Positions 1-11,340 of a stretch of 61,360 nt of DNA are shown here, piece by piece (within the stretch, counting starts at the first letter, position 1; every line of letters starts with the position of its first letter). The translations under genes and the position numbers were made by a program. The DNA is from Octopus bimaculoides (Eukaryota). Under the pieces are notes generated by a model that was given only the letters and a program-made list of their open reading frames with translations, was not told the DNA's origin and ran no database searches. The stretch lies in NCBI RefSeq assembly GCF_001194135.2, contig NC_068991.1, positions 54,959,290 through 55,020,649 of the forward strand, given 5' to 3'.

Positions 1-55
1 TATACATATATACATATACATATATACATACATACATATATATATACATATATAC

Positions 56-96
<41 letters not shown>

Positions 97-97
97 C

Positions 98-131
<34 letters not shown>

Positions 132-345
132 ACATATATATATATACATATATATATATACATATATATATATACATATATATATATACATATACATATA
201 TACATATATATACATATATATATATACATATATATATATACATATATATATATACATATATATACATACATATATATATACATACATATATATATACATA
301 CATACATATATATATACATATATACATACATACATATATACATCA
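1..345. repeat. Compound (TA)n/(TACA)n microsatellite
   Basis: Directly visible. Confidence 0.98.
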
Positions 346-818
346 CATGATGGTTGTAAATGAGCACCATTGTCAAACAAGCAATGCTGTTTGTTTCCTG
401 TCTAACATGAAAACATGTCCGGCCAAGGCAGAACTATTACCTTTCTTAGAAACAGGCAAGAATTGGAAACAGGAAGGGCATCCAGTCATAGAAAATCTAC
501 TTCAACATACTTTAGTCAACCCATGCAAGTATAGAAAAGAGGATGTCAAAAAAGTGGTGATGATATATGTAACCATACAAATTTCTGCATAGATGCTGTC
601 TACCATACTCTCCCTCACAAGTTATTGGTCAACTTGGGGTTATAGTAGAAGAGAAGATACTTACTCAAGGTGTATCATGCAGTGAGACTGAACCTAAAAC
701 CACATGACTGCAAAGTGAGCTCCTAAATACGCCGTCATGTCTGTAACTTTGTTTATAGTCTATGATATGAAGTTTTGATATAAGAAAAAAAAAATTGAAA
801 AATGATATTGCCACTTAC

Positions 819-1020
819 ATTGATTTTGAGAATTTTGGCAGGTAGAAGAAAGTACTTCATTATAGCAGCCTGGAATGTAATTAGAGGCTTCTGACCTCTG
901 TTGAGGAAGCATTTTCATGAAAGTTTCTATAAATGGACATCGCAACATTAATTCAAATTGTGGACTGAACTGTGAAAGACAAGCTAACAAATTGTTCACA
1001 GACATGGAACGTAACTGGAT
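819..1020 (-). CDS. Exon of the PH-like-domain gene (IQLRSMSVNNLLACLSQFSPQF...SQNQ)
   Basis: tttttctttctag|ATC...CAAT|gtaagt; 202 nt, phase 0>1; overlaps ORF 760-1005. Confidence 0.8.
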
Positions 1021-4000
1021 CTAGAAAGAAAAATAAACAAAATAGGCATGTATTTGTAGACTAGCAGAAATACCCGGCGTTGCCCGGGTTAGGGATTCAC
1101 ACAGACAGNNNNNNNNNNNNNNNNNNNNNNNNNNNNNNNNNNNNNNNNNNNNNNNNNNNNNNNNNNNNNNNNNNNNNNNNNNNNNNNNNNNNNNNNNNNN
1201 NNNNNNNNCTACTATGTGCAGGTTCACATTGCGTACAGATTTGCACAACCGATAATGTAATGTATTGAGTGCTTAATGTTTACACCATATATCTATTTTT
1301 TCTTTTATATTTTCAATCATTAGACTTCAGCCATGCTGGTGCAACACCTTGAAATTTTAGTTAAATGAATCGATCCCAGTACTTTTTTGCTGTATTTTTT
1401 ACATTGCAATTATTTTCTTTTTTTGCCAGGTAGCAATTTATTGAAGACTGGTTTTACTTTACTTGCAAACATCAGCTCTTCTGGTGACATACCTGCTGGT
1501 GACATACCTGCTGGTGTATTTGGATTCAGTGTCACACATTATACTCTTATGAATTGTTGTTGTTGTTGTTGGCACTCCGTCACTTACGACGTCGAGGGTT
1601 CCAGTTGATCCGATCAATGGAACAGCCAGCTCGTGAAATTAACATGCAAGTGGCTGAGCACTCCACAAACACGTGTACCCTTAACGTAGTTCTTGGGGAT
1701 ATTCAGCGTGACACAGTGTGACAAGGCTGGCCCTTTGAATTACAGGCACAACAGAAACAGGAAGTAAGAGTGAGAGAAAGCTGTGATGAAAGAGTACAGC
1801 AGGTTTCGCCACCGTCCCCTGCCGGAGCCTCGTGGAACTTTAGGTGTTTTCGCTCAATAAACACTCACAACGTCTGGTCTGGGAAATGAAACCGCGATCC
1901 TATGACCGCGAGTCCGCTGCCCTAACCACTGGGCCATTGTGCCTCCACCCACATATATGTACACTATTGTGAAATAAGATATTCATGGCACGAATACCTC
2001 TGATTATAGGTCAACTTGATGTGAACCAACTTAGGACTAAACAACAACAACCTTTTAATTATATACAATCAAAAACAAAAATAATTATTTCACTCACATA
2101 ATGGAAAGGTATCCGATACAATTCCCCACAAGTGAGGTCTGTTGTATGACAACGGTCATATTGAACATTTTGGACAGAACTATTTTGGTTCTTCTTACAA
2201 AAGCGGGTACCCACATACATATGAGGAGGAACTTTTACTTGGAGACGGAATTTATCTTCTTGGCCCCATATTGCCACAATGGTGTGGAAATCAACTTCAA
2301 TGATTGCTAGGTGTTTTGTATAACTGCCAGAGGAATCAGCTGTTTCTCCCACTTGGAACTCGTACACCAATTTCCTTAAACAAAACAATTGTTAAAATAA
2401 CAGAATGTCCTGAAAGTAATCTAATCAATATAAAATAAATGTTTAACCTTTTAGAATTCAGATTACTGTCAAATGCAATGCTTATTTATTCACATTATTT
2501 TGAATTAATCATGCATTACCATATTGTTTCAAGATTTCAATAATGTGATTGTTTATTTTTAGAATGAAGTGTGACACACCAGATCTGGTTAGTTTGAACA
2601 TAAAACAGGTTGAATATTTGGGCCAGATATGGCCAGTTTAAATGCTAAAGGATTAATGAAATAATCCATTAATAAAATTCAGAACAAGATTAGCAATGAA
2701 TTTAGCATGCGAATAGGTGTCCAACAAGGATCAGTTTTCAGACTCCTATTTATAAAATTTTTTCAGACTATATCAGAAGAGCTAAGGCCACTTCATTCAC
2801 AGGAACCTCTCTATACACTTGATCTGCTTTTCATTTCTGAATCTGTTGAAGAATTAGAGAAGAAATTCTAAATGTAGACGCAAAGCCTAGAATCAACAGA
2901 TTCTTACAGCAAACCAGTGGCATAGCTAGAAAGTATGTTGCCCAGAGTAGATATTGAGTTTGCTGCCCCAGCCCCACACACAATTACATGCTTCCTATAC
3001 AGGCCTATACAGAATGACTGCAGACTTCCCCACCCCAACTTCCTAGCTATGCTACTGCAGTAAACCGAGCAATAACAAAAGTTTTAGTTGACAGGAAAGA
3101 AGACAAAACTATCGCCACCTGCAAAGTGGCTCTACACACTATGCAGAAAAGGAATAGGTAGGAATTCCATGTAGTGTAGCCAATGTAAGCAATTGTTTCC
3201 AGTGGGGGGGGGGGGGAGATCAGACAAACTGATAGAGAAGAAAAACTTTGTAAGGTAGCCAGGGTACAGAAGATATTTACAAGTCAAGAAGCTTTAGTTC
3301 GTTCTCTATGATCTTCCATAAACTAAATGACTCAATTAAGAATGGCATTTTTGTAGGTTGAAATAAAAAAGTAATGCGATATATCTAACAGCACAATGCC
3401 ATGTCTGTGTGAAGACCCAATATTTTCAGTCAGTTGCAGAGTATTTTAAACATTCAAGTAATGCACTTATGACCTTTCAGTTTTATATAAATTCACCAAG
3501 CTCAGACATTATCAAGGTTAAGAAGATCTGAAATAACATTTCCCCTATAAAAATAAAATATTAAATGTACATTATCTATGTTGCCTTATATTTAGTTTAG
3601 TCTGGATGTATACAACCCTAGTTTTTTTTTACTTTAAACATAGCTGCAGTTCAGAACTTATTTACAATGTGTCACATATAAGATAAAGAGAAGCAGAAAA
3701 TAGAGAGAAAAACTGAATAAGATAACAGTGTAGGGGGTGGAGGAAAGGAGAAATGTGGATGGTTATGTAAGATGGTGAGAAAAGGAAGGTGGAAGAGAAT
3801 GAAATGGGGGGTGGGAGGAAAAAATGTAAAAGATTTCACAAGAGTAAAATATAACGAATATAAAAACTTACTTTTTACTAAAAATTACTTTCAATTTGGC
3901 TATTCTTTTGAAATTACCATCTTTGCAAAAATACTAAAGAAATATTGAATCAAAAAAGTAAAATTAATAAATTTAATAAAGTAACAAATTCAATCTACAA

Positions 4001-6341
4001 AATTCCAAAATTTTAATATTCAACTAATTAGTTCTGTAAAATTATAACAACAAAATCATTAAATCGTCAAATTAAAATGTCATTATATTTAAAGAAAAAG
4101 CATGAATATGATATGTTTTTAAAAGATGTGAATGAATTAGCAGTGGTTCTACTGATCACAATAATTCAACATAAAAATTTTTACAGTGACACCAAATAGA
4201 CAGATATTGGGATTTTAAAACCCTGAAATTAAAGTAGTAAAGTGTATGTAAATAAACGGTTTATAAGTAATGGCCAAGTCATATAAGACCTAAAAATAAG
4301 ATGGTGTTTGGTAGTGAGCATAGTGAGGAATTTAGTGAACAAGTAGGCATTCAAGAATACTAACCAGCCATCTTCTGTTTGTTCCTTTCCAAGATGAATT
4401 GAACAAGAGTTTCAGTGAAAGAGCCATCATAATTTGTGGTAATGATTTAATTCATATTGTACAATCTATAGTTGTGTGAATCTAGTACAAATAGGATAAA
4501 ATCTAAAAGCTTTGCAAAGTAACTTGATTAAAGACTAAGGAACAATTTAGTAACTTGTTTCAGTCACTGGACTACAGCCATGCCAGAGCACTACCTTGAA
4601 GGGCTTTAGCTGAACAAGTCAAGCCCCAGTACTTATGATTTTTGAAGTCTGGTACTTATTGGTCTCTTTTTTCTGAATTACTAACTTCATGGGACAATCA
4701 AGAAACCAACACTAGTTGTCAAGTAGTGGGTTGTGGTGACAAACAAACAACACACACACACACTTGTATATATATTTATATGACAGGCTTCTTTCAGTTT
4801 CTGTCTACTAAATGTACTCATAAGGCTTTAGTTGGCACAGGGCTGTGGTAGAAGACACTTGTCAAACGTGCTGTGCAGTGTGACCAAACCTGAAACTATG
4901 TGGTTACAAAGCAAACTTCTTAACTACACAGCGAAAGCTACACCTATGTCGATTAACACTAAACAATGTCAGAATTAAGAACATGCAGTCTGATAGATGA
5001 GATAATGAAGGAAATGGAAAGTGGTGTGTTGCAGACACAGCCACTTGATGCCAACATGGAGAACCATTAGAGTAGTATGTTGGTGATATGTCTTACTCCA
5101 TCGGTTACAATGACAAGGGTCTCAGCTGATCCGATCAATGGAACAGCCTGCTTTTGAAGTTAACGTGCATGGGCTGAGCACTCCACAGACATGTGTACCC
5201 TTATAACGTAGTTCTCAGGGAGATTCCACATGACACAGAGTGTGACAAGGCTGGCCTTTTGAAATACAGGTACTACTCATTTTTGCCAGCTGAGTAGACT
5301 GAAGCAACATGAAATAAAGTAATGCTGGGAATTGATCTTGTGTTTGTGAGCTGAATACTCTAACCACTAAGCCACATGCCTTCACTTGGTGATATGTAAT
5401 AAATACGATATCAAATAGATCAATTCTTGAAGTTAAATAATATCACTCTATGGATATTACTGGCTCAAATCCTAGGATGCATGAGACCAGTTACCAAGTT
5501 TTCATGGTGTATAAGTAACCAAGATCACATTCCCCACTAAATGGAATGCCAATTCATTTGCAGAGTTACTCATTTACAGCTGAGTGGATTTGAGCAATGT
5601 GAAATAAAGTGTTTTGCTCAAAAATACAATGCACCACCTGGTTGAGGAACTGAAACCACAATCTTGTGATTGTGAGTGCAACACCCGTAACTATTAGACC
5701 ACATCTTCACATATCACACTATGGGTGTCTTTATTTCACAGGAATATAAATTCTATTGGAATAAAATTTATGATTTACAATTTACCTTAAAGTTTCTGAT
5801 TTGTAAAAAGCTGAAATCAAAATGCTTTGGTCGAGGGATTTTCTTTTCACAAACATGTTTGGATTTCATAAACTTTTGATAATCTGATGTGGGTTGGTAG
5901 ATTTTTACAGAAACATCTTAAGAAAGAAATTAGAAGGAATGTAATAAATGAATTAATTTAAAACAGAGTAAAAATATAAATACATTACTCCTTTAAAAAT
6001 GCTATAATTTCTTTAGAATAAAGCATCACCAATTCTTGTTTATGCTTTCTTTTGTCATACAGCAATAGAAAAGCCTGGGACTGTCTAGGAAAACAGAATA
6101 ACCTTTCCAATTAGACTATGCTGTTACTTAACATTCAGCAAATGCATAAAATTTAAATTAATTCCAAGCACGATTTTTACTTCATCATTGTTCTAATGTC
6201 CACTTTTCCATACTTGCATGGGTCAGACAGAATTTTCTAAGATTTTCTCCATTCAGTTCTCACAGATGACTGGAAACAAATGACACCATGACACTTGCTT
6301 ACAACCATCATGCAATGACAGGACAAAGACACATGCATGTG

Positions 6342-6379
<38 letters not shown>

Positions 6380-7059
6380 GGGCTTCTTTCATTATTCATC
6401 TACCAAATCCACCCACAAGGCTTTGAGCAGCCCCAGGCCTACAATAGAAGACACATGCCCATGGTACCATGCATTAAAACTGAATCCAAAATTATGAGGT
6501 TGGGAAATGAACTACTCAATCTCACAGCCACATCTGCACCTATTTTTACTTGTATTTCATATATGGATATGTAAAAGGCACCTGGTACACTCTGTGGCAT
6601 GGTTGGTGTTAGGAAGGGCATCCAGCAGTAAAAGCCAGGCCAAAACAGACTGGAGCCTGGTGCAGCTCTCTGGCTTACCAGTTCCGGTCAAATCGCCTAA
6701 CCCATGTCAGCACGTAAAATGGACACTAAATGATGACGATACAACTAAATCACATTCAGCTTGATTGTTATGATTTACTTTAACCTTTGCATGTGCACAG
6801 ATATGACTTTACGTGCCATGCAACCATTGTCATAAGACTTTATAAAATACAAAACAGATCAAGAAATGAAACGATAGTGAGACATCAGCACGTCACTGGA
6901 TTTAAGTAACAAAAGCTTATACAACATGTTTACTACTCACTTGGTCACCATAGTAGGGACCAGTGACAAGCAGTGCAAGATGAGTGCTAGTATTATGACT
7001 GCAAGTTTTATGTCGGAGAATCTTTCTTTAGAAGACCTGTATGTATGTGTGTGTGTGTG

Positions 7060-7135
<76 letters not shown>

Positions 7136-7154
7136 CACGCACACACACGCACAC

Positions 7155-7185
<31 letters not shown>

Positions 7186-8431
7186 GTGTCTATACTTACT
7201 TGAAAGAGAACCAAAATCTTCAAAATTCTGCATAGGAAACAGTCTCTCAGGGTTATCCTTGGGATTTGAAAATTCATAATCAAATGGTGATGTCTCTGGG
7301 AGTGTTGGGTCTACTGAATTTATTCCTGAAGATAACACATTTCTGTTGTTCATTTCATCGAAATTTTTAGAATTTATTTTGAATAAATTTTCTTCACAAA
7401 ATTCTGACTGATTATTTATAATAAATGGAACTGGAAATGATTCTTGAGCATTCGATTGGTTGCAATTTGAAGCTGATTTCAAACCAGTCATCATTCTTCC
7501 ATCAGAAAAGGCTTCTTTATTTACTGTATTTTCTTGAATTGTCTCACAAGTTTCTAATAACTCTCGAACTGTCCAACTTCGTAAATCTTTCTCACTACAA
7601 AGAAATTTGGCATTTCGTGCTTTGATTGAAACTGGAACCCTTTCAGGAATTTTTTCCAGAGTGTTTTTCTTATAGATATTTCTTGCTGAATATGGCAAGT
7701 ATCTGCTGGGCTTAAAAACCACTCCATCATGAAAAGATCTACTCAGATTCTCAGAAGAATTGGTAAGACTAACTGTATGCATTAAAGGAGGTATAGTAAG
7801 AACACCTTTAGAATTAATGGCTGCAGGAGTTTTATTTGATGGTAATGGTACCATTTTATCATAAAGACATTTATGAAGACATTTATTCAAATTCTGATAT
7901 TGAACATTTCCAGAATGTAAGCTTTCTTTGCCGATAATGTCACTTTTTTCATTAGTCCTTTTATTTGATGTATTAAACAAAGACACATCATTAAAATAGT
8001 TCACATTAATATCTAATGAGCCAATATTATCATCATTTACTGGATTAGAACCATAACAACCATTTACATTTAGAGAACTTTCGGCATTATATGAACTTGA
8101 TGATGGTATATCTACATCAGATTTCATAGAGAATAATTTTGGTGAACAAGAAGACACATTCTTTGATGGCAGATCTTCAAAATTCAAATGACATCCTTCT
8201 GCTTGACAATCAGACTTAGAATAATTTACCTCCACCTCACAATCTTCTGCAGGACACAAGCCTAACATTTGTTGAACAGGAGAAAAGTTGTAATGCTCAA
8301 TATTAGGAACATTATGCATTTCTGCTGTTGGGTACCTTAACTCTAAGGTAGATGACAGCCATTCAGTGATGTTTTCCATAGAAGTTATATGAATTATCCA
8401 AGTAATTGTGTATTTTGTACTCTGGGTAAAC
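819..8431 (-). CDS. Multi-exon uncharacterised gene, 3'-incomplete at the window edge: long Asn/Ser-rich N-terminus plus putative TRF2/HOY1-type PH-like domain
   Basis: Exons 7200-8431 (ends phase 1), 5786-5916 (1>0), 3872-3933 (0>2), 2098-2374 (2>0) and 819-1020 (0>1) all have AG/GT boundaries and chain without a stop codon. The start is uncertain: ATG at 8379, or a tentative 8-nt coding first exon at 12815-12822. Confidence 0.85.
1060..1108 (+). mobile_element. Possible non-autonomous Helitron/Helentron 5' end, running into a gap
   Basis: ACTAGCAGAAATACCCGGCGTTGCCCGGG start followed by ACAGACAG resembles recalled invertebrate Helentron-type starts. Confidence 0.4.
1554..1948 (-). mobile_element. 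tRNA-derived SINE (octopus OR-type) with (CAA)n tail
   Basis: Minus strand begins GTGGAGGCACAATGGCCCAGTGGTTAGGGCAGCGGACTCGCGG (A-box, tRNA-like head). A degenerate second copy lies at about 5090-5390. Confidence 0.8.
2098..2374 (-). CDS. Exon of the PH-like-domain gene (KLVYEFQVGE...ELYRIPFHY)
   Basis: ttttgtttaag|G...TAT|gtgagt; 277 nt, phase 2>0; overlaps ORF 2059-2388. Confidence 0.85.
2690..3190 (+). mobile_element. Degenerate RTE-LINE RT fragment interrupted by a hAT MITE
   Basis: Matches the GV.QGS...LL / ELEKKF...LES region of the RTE copy at 37-38 kb; resumes after 3065. Confidence 0.65.
2915..3057. mobile_element. hAT-like MITE (143 bp)
   Basis: TIRs CAGTGGCATAGCTAG / CTAGCTATGCTACTG; 8-bp TSD CAGCAAAC / CAGTAAAC. 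Confidence 0.75.
3872..3933 (-). CDS. Exon of the PH-like-domain gene (YFCKDGNFKRIAKLKVIFSK)
   Basis: atttctttag|TAT...AAAA|gtaagt; 62 nt, phase 0>2. Confidence 0.8.
5786..5916 (-). CDS. Exon of the PH-like-domain gene (VSVKIYQPTSDYQKFMKSKHVCEKKIPRPKHFDFSFLQIRNFK)
   Basis: tttcttaag|AT...AAG|gtaaat; 131 nt, phase 1>0, matches both neighbouring exons. Confidence 0.8.
7020..7186. repeat. (GT)n followed by a long (AC)n/(ACACACACGC) microsatellite
   Basis: Directly visible; intronic, beside the 7199 donor. Confidence 0.95.
7200..8431 (-). CDS. Large exon of the PH-like-domain gene (low-complexity N-terminal region)
   Basis: Open frame MENITEWLSS...EDFGSLS. Donor TCAA|GTAAGT at 7199; acceptor gctatag|G at 8432. 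An alternative in-frame acceptor would start the exon at 8421. Confidence 0.8.
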
Positions 8432-10899
8432 CTATAGCAAATAACATTTTACAAAAAAATTCTATTGAACACTCCAATTTATGAGTACAATAATGATAAT
8501 TATATTATTCAGAAAATGATAATTTCTTGTAAATAATTAGTTCAAACTCAATTTATTCAGAATTTTCAAGATTAACATCTGCTTGTGATACTGATTGTTT
8601 ATATCAAGTATATAAGCATTCCAAGCAAACAACAACCAGAATTATATCATTTAATACAGCTGCATGTACATATATAGCTATTATCACATTTACATTTTTT
8701 TTACACATATACACATGTACACACAGTTTACATATAGATATACCCACATGCATATACACACATACATCATTATATACTTACACAAATTATAATGGGGTCT
8801 CTTGTAAGCTGTAGATTTGGAGAAGAAATTTCAGACAAAAGCAAAACCTGAAATTAAAATGTCTTAAAGTAAACTTAGCAAAGATTAAGGTTTTAATAAG
8901 TAGAAAAGAAGAGAGGATCCTGCAACTTTTGGGGAATTGGTAGTGTATGATATATAGAAAAGAAGTGAGTAGAAATTCCAAACTGTGTGTTCAAGTGTCC
9001 AAGGTAAATTTTGAATACACAAAAGATATGGTGGGATTTCAGGTCGGTTAACAAAGGGGGTTGACTTCACATCTTCACATGCAGCAGATGAGGCAAACAC
9101 TAAAAAAAAAGAAAAAAACATAGAGAAAAGAAATACTCTGAAGTACCAGGATGGCTCCCTGAAAGCAGTTAATATCTTTTGTTACCTAAGTGAGCTAATG
9201 AATAGTGATGGTAGGTGTTTTGAGAGCTGGAATGAGAGGATTGGACACTGATGATTTGGAATGGCTGACTGGATACTGAGCTTGTTTTGGTGGCAGCAAT
9301 TTTTGGTACAGGACGCAAACACAAACACACATGTGTGTATTGAAATACACATAGAAAGAGTGAGAGAGCCAAATCAATCTATCAATTGAACACAATTGAC
9401 AAGCACATTCCCTCTCCTCAGACACATAAAGGGAATTATTCTCACAGACATAAACAGAGAGGAGAGGGATAGAGGATAAGAGATGTATTAAATCATTAAA
9501 ATGTCTGATGTCAAGTCAGCGACTGCAAATATGCAGCACTAAAACAGCTGTGCCAAAATGTCACATATCCTCTGAAAATGGAGTAACTAAAGAAGGGATT
9601 GGGTGGAAAATGTTCAGGGAACTATTACATCTGGCAATAAAGGGCTTATCCCACAGATTGATTAATGTTTGTGTGTAAAATACAATGTTGTAGGGCAAAT
9701 AGATGTGAACTTTTAAGGTAGAAGACTTGTAAAAACTAGAAGGAAATAATGTTAGTGTGATTGAACAATGAAGAACAAATAAACTGAACAAAACACTTGG
9801 TAAAAGAGGAAATTTAATGTGGTATGCAGGAGCAGACACTGCACTGCATATGAAGGATGGCAGCTATATAAGGATGTACTAAATGCTCAAAGTGAATGGA
9901 GCCTGTGGAAATGGAATGAAATGGTAAAGATCAATTTCAAGTTGTTGCATCTCACAAAGGGGATGATTAGGGCCCATGTTGATTGGTGACGCCTATGTTG
10001 AAAACCTGATAAACAATAAAAGCAGGGTGAAACATACATTAAAAGGAAGGTGGAGTAGTGATGGATGTTGGGATATCTCATCAACATCTGGGCCTTTCAC
10101 CCATTTGTAGCTGCTAAGTCACCATTTGCTGCCTCTCTTGCCATATTCAATATCTTCTCATCTCTCATTACTCCCATAGTTACTTCTACTCCACCACCTG
10201 TGGAATCAAAGAAAACATCAAATTTTTATACTCATCCCTATCTCTCAACCACAATTCATATCTCACTACTCCACTTCATTTCTGAATTATAATGCTAGGG
10301 TAAGGAAAGATTGCAGTAGATCGTGTATTCAATACACACCTTTCTCCTATCCCTATAAACTGTAGACACTCCCTTTCCCTCAAGTTACTCCTTCACTAAC
10401 ATCCATCACTCACTCAACAGCTAATATTACCTTTCTCCATAGTAAATTTCTTCCCCCTGTTTACTCTTTATTGACATACATCAATCTCTCTTTCTCCATC
10501 AAATCTGTAGCCCACCTCAGTGTCTCTTTCCCATCACATCTGAGTAACACAGGTTTACATCAGATACGAAATAATTCATTATATCCCACTCTCATTCTCT
10601 CTCTCTCTCTCCAACCAACAAACACATAGCTGCTATTAATATCATCCCACTCCCCTTCCCTCAGACTACCCCTTCAATGACATCACTCACTCTCCCAACT
10701 TTACTCTTCTATACTGTTAACCAGCACTTCTCATCAAGTCACCTATTATTGACATCTATCAAACTTTTACCATTGACCATTTCTACAACTATCATTGCTC
10801 TCTCTCTCTCTCTCTCTCATTACCCTGCAATTACTGTTGCTCATTACACCCTATGAAAACTGTCTCTGCTGTTACTGTCCCACTTCAGCACTTCTAGTA

Positions 10900-11340
10900 C
10901 TACCCCTACTAGTATCCTTCGGCGTAGTCAACCTTTACTCAAACATCCCCCACACAATAGGAATAGAAGCAATCACTTTCTGGCTAAACAACTACTCCTT
11001 TGAACTTCCAACTCGCATAAATAAAGAACTAGTAATAGGAAGACTAAGATTTATCTTACAAAACAATTACTTTATATTTAATAATGACTACTACAGACAA
11101 AGATCGGGAACAGCCATGGGTACATGTACTGCACCTTCTTTTGCTAACCTAGTAATGGGCTACCTCGAAATAATACTTTACCAGAAAACACTTGAAAAAT
11201 ATGGAAACTCTTTCTCCACCTATATCCAGAACAACTGGAAAAGATATCTCGACGACTGCTTCATCCTCTGGGATAAAAGCATAGAAAAACTTGAGGAATT
11301 TAAAATACTACTAAATGGAATTAATGAAAACATCCACAAT
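10900..11340 (+). mobile_element. Penelope-like element reverse-transcriptase fragment
   Basis: LVSFGVVNLYSNIPH, YYRQRSGTAMGTCTAPSFANLVMG and WKRYLDDCFILW are PLE RT motifs; flanks are non-coding (CT-rich). Confidence 0.85.

Noticed and set aside
1554-1948. tRNA gene
   Set aside because: The tRNA-like head continues into a SINE body and (CAA)n tail; no complete cloverleaf.
2098-2374. Resemblance to the N-terminal region of eukaryotic RdRP (PP.IY...RTTDF)
   Set aside because: Only two short motifs match; the TRF2/HOY1-type alignment explains all four exons better.
4350-4490. Possible exon ending GCTG|gttagt
   Set aside because: All frames from the candidate acceptors hit stops, and it is not needed for phase continuity.
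5960-6085. Possible extra exon (QSQAFLLLYDKRK...)
   Set aside because: Its phase (2>2) does not fit the phase-1 junction between the 7200 and 5916 exons.
6937-7199. C-terminal CVCVCV... part of the 480-aa ORF
   Set aside because: It is intronic microsatellite read through past a strong GTAAGT donor at 7199; the next exon is 5786-5916.
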